This document shows positions 14,761-28,586 of a stretch of 64,000 nucleotides of DNA, one piece after another. The notes under the pieces are model-generated. The model saw only the letters and a program-made list of their open reading frames with translations, was not told where the DNA came from and did no database searches. Source of the DNA: Tubiluchus corallicola (lineage: Eukaryota; Animalia; Priapulida); the NCBI GenBank assembly GCA_030141605.1, contig JAQGDQ010000993.1:8148-72147 (forward strand), in the 5' to 3' direction. Each line of letters begins with the position of its first letter. The first letter of the stretch is position 1. The position numbers were made by a program, and so were the translations under genes.

Positions 14761-15741
14761 ATGAACGTTACTAATGTAACTACGTCTGACACATCGTCTG
14801 CTTTGTTTGACTATACGTTTTTTCTTTTGATTTCCACGATTGCAATATCCTTTGTTATAGTGTTCAGTAACACACTTGTTCTGATTACGTTGGCGATGGA
14901 AAAACGTTTCCATAGTGCAGCCTACGTGTTTGTTGGAAACTTGGCAGTTGCAGACTTACTGACAGGAATATCTATGCTGTACATGGCGCTAACAGTTTTT
15001 ATACCGGAACTGATGATATCCAAACATGCGTGTCTTACTACATTTACAACTACAGCATGCTGGTCTTCTCTTTCAATGTACAGCATTTTGCTCATATCCG
15101 CAAGTCAGTACACAAAAATTGTTTATCCACTTAACAGTGATAATATCATGACTAATATGCGTATAATTTTACTGGTATTTGCGTCGTGGTTAGCCTCTCT
15201 GACGTTAGTATCATTACCGTATTTTGGATGGTCAAACGAGTATCATGGCATAGCGTCTTGCTTTCTACTGACAGTACTGTCACCAAGTCACCTACTGCTT
15301 TGGTTGACTGCTACATTTTTCCTACCGACTCCAGTGATTGCGTACTTCTACATTCGTATAATGAACATAGCTCGCTATCACTCTAAACAAATTAGGTTGC
15401 AAACTGGAACAAACTCTGCCGAACCTGCCCTTCAACAGGAGCGCTTTAAAAGAGAAATGAAACCATTTGTCACTACTCTAATCGTGCTAGTCGCGTTTCT
15501 CTCGTGCTGGCTTCCAGCCGTTGTGGTTGTGCTTACAGATGTTTTAAACTCTTTGTTAAATCCAACTGCAGCAACTCATCCAGACGTGATGATAGTGTGC
15601 ACTTTCGTCTACTGTAACTCGTTCTTTAATCCGGTCATATACGGTATGAGAGATAGAAATTTTCGTAGGGCATATCGCAAAGTCATCCGCTGCAGAAATA
15701 CTGGCGCCACAGTCGATACTATGTTAAGTAACTTTTCCTAG
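14761..15741 (+). CDS. Rhodopsin-like class A GPCR (326 aa from MNVTNVT), single coding exon
   Basis: Seven hydrophobic segments, N-terminal N-glycosylation sites, SN (TM1), NLAVADL (TM2), W (TM4), CWLP (TM6), NSFFNPVIY (TM7), FRRAY helix 8. Splice acceptor at 14736 lies upstream of ATG 14761. Confidence 0.92.
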   Translation: MNVTNVTTSDTSSALFDYTFFLLISTIAISFVIVFSNTLVLITLAMEKRFHSAAYVFVGNLAVADLLTGISMLYMALTVFIPELMISKHACLTTFTTTACWSSLSMYSILLISASQYTKIVYPLNSDNIMTNMRIILLVFASWLASLTLVSLPYFGWSNEYHGIASCFLLTVLSPSHLLLWLTATFFLPTPVIAYFYIRIMNIARYHSKQIRLQTGTNSAEPALQQERFKREMKPFVTTLIVLVAFLSCWLPAVVVVLTDVLNSLLNPTAATHPDVMIVCTFVYCNSFFNPVIYGMRDRNFRRAYRKVIRCRNTGATVDTMLSNFS

Positions 15742-18594
15742 AGTCAAAAAAATTTATGTGGTGTGACATAACCTCTTTAGAAAGACGCAGAAAACGTATT
15801 TTGATAAAATAACCACATCAGGACAGCGTGAAAATACTGAAGCACACATGTTACAGTTTCAAATCGTTTAAAACAGTTTTAGAAGTACAACCTCGTACTT
15901 CCGCTATAATTAGTACCTGATGCGCAGAATTATCAGTGACTTCCTCTCCTGTTCAAACTTCACAATAATCACTTTATTTACCACTGAATAACATTTTGAC
16001 CATACTAATCATGATAATTTTACAGAGAAAAACATACGCTTGCCCAAAAATTAAAGCGCTGAACTTTATTTTCAATAAATGTAACTATTAAATGTCAATT
16101 TCGTTTCTTGGAAGAAGGAAGAAGCAAGACATAGTAGGTCGTTTTTGAACAGACTTCGACAAGAGCGAACGGAAACGGTTTCTGACCGGACTTCCGCTGG
16201 AGAATTGAATGTGTGTGTGTGTTGTAGTGTGTAATAGCTACCCGTCGACGTGTAATTACTGTTTGTTGACTAAAGCAATGTAAACAAATCACGAGTAGTA
16301 TCTTACGACAATATTTTACTATTATTGTATGTAGGTTGCTCAATTGTTGTTTCTGTTGCTGTACTGTTGTTGCCACTATTGCTATTGTTGTTGTGCTGCT
16401 ATTGTTTGCAGTTTGATTTGACAATTCTTCGTAGGCCTCATTAATTTCTTTGTTATTTAGCATTCAAGCAGAGGTCTATTTATCTGACTTAACTTCCCAA
16501 TACAAAACTCAAAACCAATCTTACTGTAGTGGGTGCATAAGCCCTTTTTTGGTTTTAATTTAGTTTTCAATTACTGCCACGGTGCTGCCACCTGCTTGTT
16601 TATTTAGTAGGCTTTTTACTTTTTACAGTAGTTACTCTTTTAAAATTGAAGCACCCAATATCCTTCAATACATTAGCATTTTGGTCTTTCGTGAGCTATA
16701 GCTGTAGTAGTTGTATGACATTTTACCTGTCTTTTGGTTCTCTCCGCCATTGCTCTATTTTTCTTACGCATTATGACTGTGAATTTCTTACGAATTTATT
16801 TTTGTGACATTTTTGTTCTTAAGGGTACTTGGAGTTCTCATTCCTGTCTTTGTAATTGTTAAAGGCTCTAACAACGTCAGTTATTGTTGAAGTTATAATT
16901 AACTACGTAAGTTATTATTAATTAATTTCAATATAATGTAGTCTTTATAAATTTTATATCAGTTCTTAGCTATAGCAACACATTTAATTATGCAACTAAT
17001 TTCTTCTACTCAATGCAAATTAAACTAAATGTTAATAATTGTATTTCAGAATAAAGAAACTTTTGGTCAACATGTTAAACTGGTGTTTTGTATCCATTTC
17101 AGTTACTACTTTACTACAGTTATTTTCAACATGTTTTCATACCAGAAATTGTGCAAGTTGATTGCAATGTACACAACACAACATACGCAACATGCAAAAT
17201 AACAAATAAACAAAACACTTATTCAACTAAGACGCATACATACTATACACAATACAAAATAACAAAACAGAAATGCAAAAATATAATAAAGCAAGAACAG
17301 CTTAACAGACAGAAACATTTATATTCTATTAGAAAGATAAAAATTCCATAAAACGAAAATAAATCTGGAAGAAAGAAGTTTCCATATTCTGCCAGAAATG
17401 TATGAAAATCTGAGCGTCGTATGTACAACTTTCAAACTAAACAGGCTTGAGCACCAACATATTCATCTAAAACAAAAAACAGCACATTTCACATCTAATT
17501 TTTGTATTTTCACTTGCGAATTTTGAAACTAGAATGTCTTAAAGCTTGAAAATAGAATTAATCTCAGATCGTTAACCAACTTCTAAATTTTCGTCTGCTT
17601 TTTATTCGCATAATTTTAGGCGCTAAACCTATTTAAACAGTTCTAATCTAAGTATTAATTAATTTTGAATTGCTACTTTTGAAATGCTTCGTCAAAATTA
17701 ATTCATCAAATCTATTAGTTTCTCTCACAGAAATCTTATCGTCGGCTGTTTTTCTCCCTAACATACTGATACTATTTCTGCAAAATAAGATTCTTATAGA
17801 ATAAGTTTATTCTATTTTATGCTTGGTATATACGAAGACTTAAAGTTCGTGTTTTTCTTGTTTGAACATGTCACAAGAATAACTCAGAGGCTTAAACCCA
17901 AATTAATCTGTTGCTGTGCACCCTGCTTGGAGGGAGGATCCACAACTGTTGAAACACACTATAATATAGACAGAAGGGTTCAGTTATGTGTGGTGGCAAG
18001 ATCTTCCATGAAGTGGTAGCTTACAATGTCATAATGTTTGTGCAATATTATTTATTCAAAATGCTTAAAACTTACTAATGTGTGTTGTGCCAACATGGCT
18101 GCTAACTGTAACTCACATCTTCACGAAATTGTGACAAAAACCTTTAAAAAATTATGAACATTTTTAAGTACAGGACTACGCAGGTCTTGTTGTTTTGGGG
18201 TTTAATAGGTACTGTATGTTGTTGCATATTGATTCATTTTAAAGGCATTAACTTACCTTTTACTGTTGTGTTAACCATAGACAATTTGTTTCGGTTGAAA
18301 TAAAATAGATTTGAATTTCGTTTATACTTGGTATGTATTGCAATTGCCATATTTTCACTAGGTCATCGTTACGATTCATTGATTTAAAGTTCTGATAGAA
18401 AACGTTTGAAATAATTTGACAAACGTTGCCCAAGTGTCTATTACAACTACTCAGTGTATGGTTTCACATGTTAACAATTGAAATTGAGGCAGCTCGACAA
18501 AGTATCAATGAATGTAATTAAATAAGCCATTTCTAATGATTAGTAATCAATACAATAATCGATATTTATTGGTATTGTTAATGCGATTTTTCAG

Positions 18595-21500
18595 TTTGGT
18601 ATTATACTGGATTAGAGGAAGTCACTAAAGACAATTTTCTTGAAAATTTGGAATTGACCAGTAAGTACGAGCTGCTTTTTATATGTCGACAAATTTGGTA
18701 GAAAACAGCTGAACAGTTGGAAGCTAAATCAATATCAAATTTAGTTTTATCATAGCAATGTACTGAAGTATGTATTTTGTATCGAAGTAAATAAATTTAA
18801 TAAATTCAAACTAAAAGAAAAATACGCTGAACAACATAGTTGTTTGCTAGTCATTATAAATAAATTCCTAATTGTAAATACTCATACTAACTATAGAAAA
18901 CTGGCTATTTGTTTTACAGATTTTATTTTTCACTCACTGTAAAAAGGTGAAACTGCAATAGAAACACGAAACAAGAACATGGAACAAAAATAAATCCATA
19001 ACAGACGTGCAAAAAATAAATAAAGGAACAAGCAATAGCAAACTAACCGGTATACTGTTACTAATTTACTAATAAATAAACTTCCTGACATATCACAAAT
19101 CAACATGCATGCCTACACAAAAACACACATATGAATATGCAGTTGCAAAAATCAATAATTAGGCATCACTGTAACACTATCAGAAACTATTAAGCTGACA
19201 AATAAATTACTGAAAAGCTTTGCATAAAAATGAAGAAACATATGAACTTACAAACGTTTGAGGATCTGTAGAAAAAAACTTTAAGCCAGTTTTCAGAAAT
19301 CAACAGAGACATACTGATTTTATTTTACAACAATGGCATACTGACCACACAGCTACTGACCTCTATACCACTAAAACAGGATTTTTTCCTATTCTAAGGC
19401 TATCTAACCTCTCATACAAGAGCGGCCAAGCATGTTAAACAAACGCTACAGGTAATGCAAAAATGAATAATGACTCTCTAGAATCAACAAACCTGGCTTC
19501 ACTGTACTCATGCTAGCCTGAGAGATAACACTAACTATCAGCAATATGTTGCTAATTTTTCTTTTCATTATTAATTCTAGTGGCCTAACATAAGCTTGCT
19601 TCTTAGATCTGTAGCGCAGAATTTACGAATTGTATCTTAATTTTATTGTATTAGCGAAGATTTGATTTGTATAAGTGTACTTGTGATGCATAAGTATTTC
19701 TTTATTATGCGGAATAAATTGATTGAATTGAATAGTACTTATCTTGTGTCCGTCCCAGTTCTTTCCGTTATTTCGTTATCATCATCATCAACGTCGTCGT
19801 CGTCGTCGTCGTTGTCAAGTAAACGCTTTAACTGCTACAACGTTCATGTCAGTTTATTATTGTATCATTTTTCCAGCTATAAAGAATTACTCTTGCAGCC
19901 ATGGGCAGTTCCTTCTACCTGGAATGACTCGTTGTTTACCCTGGTTAACTTGCAGTGACATTAATAAACTGAACATTTCTCGTAGTGCGTTTACTCGTGG
20001 CTCTACAAAACAGGTGAGACGTGTGATAGAAGTCCAATTATTAATGATGAAATAAACCCCGCCATTGTTAACTTTATGGAATAAACTCGGTTGAATAGGA
20101 GGAGACTCAAATTCAGGACTGCTCCTGACTCTTCCACATTTTTTTCGTCAAGTTTGGCTTTGCCTGGCTTAGGAAATTAAAAGCGGCCTACTATTTTGCA
20201 TTATCGAAGTTTTTTGCTTACCGTAGGGACACCACAGCATCGTGTGCCGAAAATGGCTGTAGTCATTTTAAAGTCATTTTACACAAAAATACGTTTAGCC
20301 TTCGTCAGCGAGTTTTAAATTCAAGCAATGAAGCCATTTAAATTCAATCAATGAAGCCATTTAAATTCAATCAATGAAGCCATACTCAGTTTTATTCTTA
20401 ATACTGATGTCATTTTAACTTCGAATGTTTTTGCCCATTGGGAATATATACTTAATAACCCTTTTTTACATATTTAGCTTAGCAATTCTCTGTTCTTTGT
20501 GAAGATGTTTATTTTATTTGTCTTGTAGTAATATTTTTTAATTGTGATTTTTTATCTAAGCTTTGTTTATTGTTCTATGGTACTTTTTATGTACTGAAAT
20601 AAACGAAAAATAAAAAAATAATATGAATATTGAATTCATCATTCTAGAGCAGATGATCCCTAATGACACCACAGATCGCCTCTCTCCACCATTGTCTATC
20701 CCTCTCCTTCGCTTTCATCCACTACAATGATCCCACCTCAACCACATCCTTTAACTGATCCAGCCGCTGGTTTTTTGGCCTTCTTTGTCTTCCTCGTTAT
20801 TGAATGTTCCTCTCCCCTTCTAGTGGATGTCTTTTTTGAGTGTGCAGTCCTCGTGAATGATGTATGCTGCTTCATATCGAGTTTGTTCTGCAAGGATAAT
20901 GAGGGGTGTTGGAAAGCTTCACTTCTCCAAGATTTATTGATTAATCTTCCCTTCTCTCTATCTGATCCTGAACACAAAGGCAGCAATATAGTCTCTTTCA
21001 TCTTTCCTGAAATCCAGTTGCCCAGGATGATTTTCCAGAGAATCCTTAACTTGACTATAATGAAAAAATAACGATCCTTCCAGATCTTCCTCTAATTCAC
21101 TTTTTCACAGTGAAGCTGACGTGCTAACCTTTCTTACTGTTTCTGTCAATAGAGACTAGGCTACCCACGAGAATAAATTTTCTACGATATCGTGCTGTTC
21201 TCTGATCACAATTACTTATCTAGTTCACTCTTCCATATTATTCTCAGTGAGGTTAAGATCTGCTTCAGCACTATTCTTCTTCAGCCTCATCAAGATCTCT
21301 TGTATTTCTTTCTTCGAGTTTTCCAGCAGGATCATATCATCAGCCTAAAGAAAACGAAGGTTGGAGATTTTCCAGCCACTGATTGTGATCATATCATTCC
21401 ACTTCTTCAGTGTCTCACTCAGTGTCCTCTCTGCATAGTGAGTTATTTCATCGTCTTTCCTTGGTTAAAACTTCATTTCAAACACCGAACAATTATTATT

Positions 21501-21656
21501 GTTCTATTGCTAAACAAACAATAAGTTACTCCACTAAGACCACTCTTGACTGCCACGCTTGTGAGTACACACAAGTATAATTTGGCCTTCTTTGTTTTCT
21601 TCATTGTTACCAGTTTCATTCATTATTATATTATTATCTCCATTATTATTATTATT

Positions 21657-21729
<73 letters not shown>

Positions 21730-22761
21730 ATCATCAATCATCATCATCATCATCATCAATCATCAATATTATTATGATTATCATTCATTTATCAGCTATC
21801 AATTGAGAAATAAAAAGCTTCTGAACTGCTGCTGCTGCTGCACCTATTAACTTTCAAATTTAAGCAGCACGATCAAACTATCAAGCAAGAAAAGAAGCAA
21901 ACAGTTTGTATCGTATTTAACTTAAAACTGAAAAAATTCCTACTGATACTGTCTGAAGAAGCTATTGTTGTGAATGATCATAATTGGGTTTTTTTTGACG
22001 AAATAATTCTTGCTTTTCAGCTTAAGCTTGCTTGGTGGAATAACCACACAGTATTGCTGGTGAAAATGCGTTTAGCGAGGTACGAGTACATTTTCAAGAC
22101 CATACTACAAAACTACATAAGATTTCAACCAAACCCAAGATTTGTACAGCTTGTTGGCTACTGCCAAAGCAAGCACGTATTTATTATTGAATATCACGAG
22201 CATGGAGATGCTCGTTATGCGTGGAAACATTTATCCGAGTTTCCCGCCAAAATGGTGGTAACAAAGGCAGTTCAAATGTGCATAGATTATGTAGACATTC
22301 TGGCCTATCTACATAAGCAGAATTATTTTCTCTGCGATTCGGGTGACTTGGAGAAACTTTTGTCACAGTACCTCGTCACTGACAACTTTCGTCTTGTGTT
22401 AGGCGACCTAGACGATGTACAGCCTACGGATGTAGAATGTGTGTGGAGAAACGGGAAACCTTTTCAGAGAGACTGGTCGTTTGAAGCGCCCGAGTTTAAA
22501 CATTGGAAGGACACAGACTGTAACACTACCGAGTGTGCACACAAACAGGGATTGTATAAGTTGAAGACAGATATCTGGAAGATTCCTGACGTTTGCCTGT
22601 CTTTCTTAGGTTCTCCTGCGGCTACAGAACACATAGAATCTATGTCATATGTTGCAAGTACTAAACTCTGGAATATTTACCAGATGTGTAAAACCATGAA
22701 TCCATTAGAGAGACCATCATTGAATTCAATCAAGATATTTTATTCAAATGTGTTGAAATAA
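18595..22761 (+). CDS. POMK: Protein O-mannose kinase (SgK196)-like; N-terminal TM exon not located
   Basis: Exons 18595-18660, 19877-20013 and 22021-22761 are in phase. Motifs match POMK from memory: C..GQF...M..C.PWL.C, EYH, DYV.I..YLH, LCDS.DL.K.LSQYL.T.NF, DLD, APE, K.DIWKIPD, CK...P.ERP. Confidence 0.85.
20636..21420 (-). mobile_element. Degenerate RTE-like LINE fragment in POMK intron; mirror about 34315..35100
   Basis: ISNLRF..ADDMILL (RT FADD motif with an insertion) and a 3' RGRPK..DQ..DR..WR segment; many stops. Confidence 0.65.
21656..21764. repeat. (ATC)n microsatellite; mirror about 33972..34078 differs in structure
   Basis: Direct reading. Confidence 0.9.
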
Positions 22762-23318
22762 AGCTATTGATTTTGCTTTCGTGAAATAAGCCTAGCTGGT
22801 CTTTTTGTCTAATGTATACAGAACTTACGATAAACACATGCGCAGTGTGAAACGGGTTATTGATACATTTACCTTCTGATAGCAATAGTTACACCTAGGT
22901 CATATATATATACATATAAGCCTATATAACATATAGAAAATTGCAAATCTGTCATAATTGAAAACAACTTTTCCCAGGGATGCTGACAAAAACATTTATA
23001 TTTTTTATACATGTTCTTTTCTCTTTATTACATTGTGGATATGACATACTTATTCACTGTGTAAGACATTAACAGAAAAGAAAAATGTGTATAAAAATTA
23101 AAGTATTAGGTAGGCCTAAGTATCACCAGTGAAGATTGTTATTAAATGATTGTACTATATTTGTATATTCTGCTCGTATGTGTGTTAGTCTTCTCACGAA
23201 TTTTAGTGACATCAATCATAAATGACGTCGGAATGTATTTATCTTCGCAAAAACTGTAGACAATGCGAGTGTTAAGCCCGGGAGAAGAGAGGAAAAATTA
23301 AGAGAAAGAAAGAGAGCG

Positions 23319-23520
<202 letters not shown>

Positions 23521-24102
23521 CGATCATATGTAGAACTAATTTTTGAAGAGGCACAATTTATATTCAAAACATTACAATAATGTTATTTTATTTTTAGTTT
23601 TATTTCTTACACGTAAGTTTCAACGTCACACATCATTATAAATCTTTATAAAATATAAAAATAAATAATAAATAAACATTAAATGAGTGAGCACATTTAT
23701 CAATCGATTTCAGTTTTGTCAGGTCCACAGTTTTACATTTTACTACATATAAATGTTCCATAGATAAACAAGGTATAAAATCCCTGTAAGTCAACAATCT
23801 ATCACATTTTCCTACGTTAGTACTAATAGTGACATCTACTTATACAGTCAGTTGGACTGCATTGTAAAACCTGCACATTACACGAGTCAATGCTCATTTT
23901 TACAGCTATTCTAGTCCTCTATTTCTTATAATCTCTTACTCTTTATATGAAAAATTTAGGAATTATATAATCCTAAAACTCAAAACTTGGTTTAGGTCTT
24001 TGAGATAATGCAACTACAATAATTGATCCATTTCTTTTATAAAAAACCCTGTATTTCCGACCACCTGTATCGCTGCGACATTCTTGATATTTTGCCACAG
24101 TT

Positions 24103-24365
24103 ATTAACACACATAATTTAACACATTAACACACATAATTTAACACATTAACACACATAATTTAACACATTAACACACGTAATTTAACACATTAACACAC
24201 ATAACTTAACACATTAACACACATGATTTAACACATTAACACACATAATTTAACACATTAACACACATAATTTAACACATTAACACACGTAATTTAACAA
24301 ATTAACACACATGATTTAACACATTAACACACATAATTTAACACATTAACACACATAATTTAATA
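24103..24365. repeat. 22-bp minisatellite (ttaacacacataatttaacaca); mirror about 31365..31626
   Basis: Direct reading; unit variants differ between the arms. Confidence 0.9.
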
Positions 24366-25051
24366 CACTCTTAACTTATTAATTTTAAATACTGTTATAT
24401 TAATATAACTTAAATACTAGCGTATATAACTTAAACGTGTTATACGCATACCCTGTAGATGTACATTTTTCGTAGATATTACATCATTACTATATTATCA
24501 GTTAGCTGCCTACTTTCAGAATGGCCCTGACGATGACTCTGATGATGATGACGCTGATGATGATGATGATGATGGTGAAGATAATGACATTTGTGACGGA
24601 CAACAATGACAGTGATTGACGATGATGACGGTAATGATGATGATGGTGATGATAATGACGATGGTGACGGACAACAATCACAATGATTGACGATGATGAC
24701 GATGATTATCAAAGTCATCAAGTTTTGTAAATAAAGCGATGGAAATTTTTATTCACAAAACTTGACGACATTGAGTAACCTTTCCTAGATCCGGGAACTT
24801 CACTTTCCTGCTTTCCTCTTCTTGTACGGCACTCAATCAATCAAGACTTTCACTTTATCAGCTACCTACCCTATCATTTACTATCAAATTCTAAACAATT
24901 CTATGATACATACGCAAAAAAACACTGCAGAACTGTCAGCTGATTTAATGGCAGGCCTAATGACGTCATAGCAAACAACTACAATGGTACGACGAGTTAC
25001 TAAACAGGTACGATTTGCTTTGTCTCTATTTGCAAAACTTGATGACTTCGA

Positions 25052-26289
25052 TTAACCCCTCCTTCCACTTCTACGTCCTCTCCTCCAACCGCCTCCAACC
25101 GCTGCTTCTGCAACCACCCTCAGAGGACCCACTGCAGACTCGACACCGTAGCCGACATCTTTGTTGATCTCGCAAAGAATTCCACCAAAGTTGAGCGGAC
25201 AGACGCAAACTTGAACTAGATCATAGTCGTTGCAGAATCCGCCATTTTGACACGGCAGTTTGCAGTTGTAATCTGTAACAAAAAAAGACATCGCACGTCT
25301 AAGCATCACAAATATGGCAACTTAGAAAACTTTGCTGCTTATAATTTTGTTCAAAGTAGATGGTTGCAATGTGCTGCCACCTACACGAGGACAATACAAG
25401 TATAATACGTTATACAGTAACTGGTGTGAGTGATCTGATCAAACTAAGCAGATGGTTGCAATGTGCTGCCACCTACACGAGGACAATACAAGTATAATGC
25501 GTTATACAGTAACTGGCGTGAGTGGTGTTGTCAATTACACTGGTCAACACTAAATTTATTGTTCAAGTTTTTTAACTGAGTTAGGATAATTTTGACGTGC
25601 TTAATCCAAAAATTACATTGGTTTTGCCCAATCAGGTCAACTTTCTGAACTAAAAGCCACATATTTATTTTTTGACGTTTTTTGACGAATTATTAGCGTC
25701 TACGAGAACATTGCGTTTATTGATAAATCACTTGTTTCCGTCAGTTCATTGAGTCTTGTTTAATTCAAACAACTTTTTTGCATCAACGCACACGAGCTGA
25801 CTACTGCTACTACGGTACAGTACGGATCAATTACTCCAAATAATGATATTATACGTAATTTGTGTACTACGCATTTTGGTACTTTGCTTTTAAATATGTT
25901 GTCTTACCTTGAAATAAATCTCCAATGCCCGGGCGTCCAAAACCGGCAAAGTCGGCAAGACTGACGCCTTTTCCTGCTCCAAACGATAGTGGAGGTGAGT
26001 TATATGGATTGTAAACCTTTCCAAGTGGATCAAGTCCAAAGTTTCCTCCAATGTACGGTGGTTGTTTTGGACCGGAATCCGCCTCCACTTTCAATGGCTT
26101 CGTTGGATCGTAAAAGTGACCTCGACGATAATCAGCTCCCGTAAACTGAGTGAGATGAAAAGGGACTCCCAGCTGATACCAAAGAGGAATGGGTCTTTCT
26201 ATGATTGTTGTAGTTGCAGGTGCTGCTGGTGCTGCTGATGCTGCTGAAACCACCAGCAGGAGGAGCAATGTCGAAATTCCGCTCAACAT
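25052..26289 (-). CDS. Mirror copy of secreted EGF-domain protein
   Basis: Exons 26289-25908 and 25272-25052; identical translation. Confidence 0.83.
25359..25523. repeat. Local duplication of a 74-bp segment in the EGF gene intron; mirror about 30206..30370
   Basis: agatggttgcaatgtgctgccacctacacgaggacaatacaagtataat..gtaactgg occurs twice. Confidence 0.85.
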
Positions 26290-26889
26290 TTTTCACTTTC
26301 AAATCTGAAAATTTTTAGACATCTAAGATTTCACCATGTGTGAAATTTCAACTCAATTAGATAACTATGCGTTTGTAGCAAAATGGCTGTCGAATATTGC
26401 GAGTTCTGTAGGCTTGCAATTCAAAGATATGAAGTGCTGTTTGTGTGATTTGTTTGCACTTCGTATAATAAAGCATTTAAAACAAAATTAAAATCACTAA
26501 TATTAACCAGATATGAAATACCATCACACCAGTACGACAACATACACACTAATTCAGAATTCATATATCCATGGCCATGTTAATTAAATCATAGTTTTTC
26601 ATTTTTTGTGCATAGTTGTAAATACGTTTGATTTTTTCGTCGCTACTTTCCATTACTGCACAGTAGTTTAGATTGCACCGACGCATTTGCCTTTAGCAGT
26701 GTAAGTTTTTATTAACTAACACTGATTGATCATCTCAGTAAAGTAAAGTTTTTATCAGTGATTATCAATGTATTTTAATGGCAAATAAAGATTATTATAT
26801 GTATATATAATATAATATATAATATATAATATATAAAATATAATAGATAATATACAATATATAATATAATATATAATAGATAATATACA

Positions 26890-26939
<50 letters not shown>

Positions 26940-27138
26940 CCCGAACGACAAGTCAACGAACAAAACCTCAAAAAGGCAGTGAGACTGACAGCTGATTATG
27001 TACAAAAAGTTCAGAATTTAATTGCTTACCTTATCTCAACTTCCGGTAAGAGATGATCTCCGTATACTTCTCTGTCTTCTGTTGTATTCTTTCTTCTCTC
27101 AAAGTTGCTTGCGTTTTGATTTCTTGTCCTTTAACCGC

Positions 27139-27786
27139 TTAAGCACAATAACCCCCCCCCCCCGGCCACTTACATAAAGCTTAAAAAATTTGTCTTGAAA
27201 TTTTATACCACTTATATACTACCTTTTCGTATGCAGGGCTTGCATCGGCAGTAACGCGGTATAAAACGTGTAAATTTAAACTCTCGCGATGACCGTTACG
27301 CGCAGCCATTTTAATCGTAGGTCGTTTGAAACAAGTTTTGATAACATTAAGTAAAGTTTGAAAAAAATCACAGCATGTCATTGTCAATATCTTGTCAATA
27401 AGATTAAAAATACGCTTTTGGCTAGTGAGTGGCGCACCCTGGAGGGTGAGTCAACAACATTTTACCAATTGGCACAAACATTTTAATTATTATTTCTAGT
27501 TACATAAATCTTTCCAGCAGGTAAGTGAAATGCCAGGTAATATAGATTTGCACGGAATTTTTTTTGCGTCATAATTTAACATTGCCTTTTCTTCCCCTGA
27601 TTTACGTGCCGTAGTGACGTCATGTAATGGCGCCGTCGGAACAGTATTGCGGGAGATTTAAAAGGAAAACAAACGAAAATTCCTTTCAACGCGAGTACGA
27701 TATGTGCATAAAATTGCTGTAAAGTAGTATAATTTTTAACGCGATTTTTGAAACCTACTTCAGGTGCCCCTTTTCTTGTCCTTTAA
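27139..27786. mobile_element. Non-autonomous TTAA-flanked DNA transposon (Kolobok-like), spacer copy
   Basis: Diverged homolog of 11617..12290 (shared blocks such as agtgagtggYgcacc, ttttcttcccctgatttac, agtgacgtcatgtaatgg). Begins ttaagcacaataaccc and ends ttttcttgtcctttaa. Confidence 0.7.
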
Positions 27787-28578
27787 GCCTTTTACCAAAT
27801 TATTATTAAAGCTTTCATAAATTCATTTCCAAGAGTTATTCGTGAATTTTATAGGCTATTCCAATTAATGGTTGCATTGGAAAGGTAAGCGGATGTTTTT
27901 TGTAAATATGTATTGTAATTTTATTTATCTAAATTCTCCTTATTCAACAGTCAAATTTTGGGATTTTGTTAACGGATCCGCTTTCATTTCTCTGATACAG
28001 AGATTATAAATGGATTCAGGTATTATAATCGTAATTTAAAGTATTTGAAAAATTCTTAGTTATGCCCATAAAACGTCCAGTGTCTAAAAAATTTGTGGTA
28101 ATTCATATCGGTAAACGTGAAATATAAATACTAAATATTTAACGCTAACTGTTGGTTAAGGGGCTGGTCTAAGATTCAGTAGAGGCAGGTTGTGATAATA
28201 GCACTTAGTACGTTCGAATAACAGCTTTTACAAGTTGAGCTAAGAAATATTTTTTATCATAGATTCGGGCTCTTTATCATCGTTAGATTTATTTCTATTA
28301 AAGATATTGTAGTTTACACTGTGAGTATTAAGCAACACATTAACATCAAGCACCCTTTTGATTGTCATTCTGTTGTCATAGATCCGCCTTTTATAGCAGT
28401 GTGCCTTGACTGGTACAGCATTGTAAAAATGTCTGCGGTATTTTATAGTAACTTGTAAGAACTGCTTCCGATAATAAGAAGGAAATATTTAAAATGATTA
28501 CAACATTATTATTGTTTTTCTTTGAATATTCGCAAAAAGGCGAATAATCTGAATTTTCTTGAAGCGAAACGATTCGTG

Positions 28579-28586
28579 TATAAATA
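28579..28586 (+). promoter_or_regulatory. Candidate TATA box (TATAAATA) of the right EGF gene copy
   Basis: Lies about 30 bp upstream of TCAAAA at 28609 and a short exon ending in a consensus donor (AAGgtaagc, 28698/28699). Confidence 0.55.

Noticed and set aside
18920-19530. Possible further LINE 3' remnant on the minus strand
   Set aside because: Too degenerate to support with a clear motif.
27135-27771. 15-bp direct repeats as the target-site duplication of a retroelement
   Set aside because: The homologous copy at 11617-12290 ends in a related sequence (ttttcttctccttcaa), so the 15-mer is the element's own terminus rather than target DNA.
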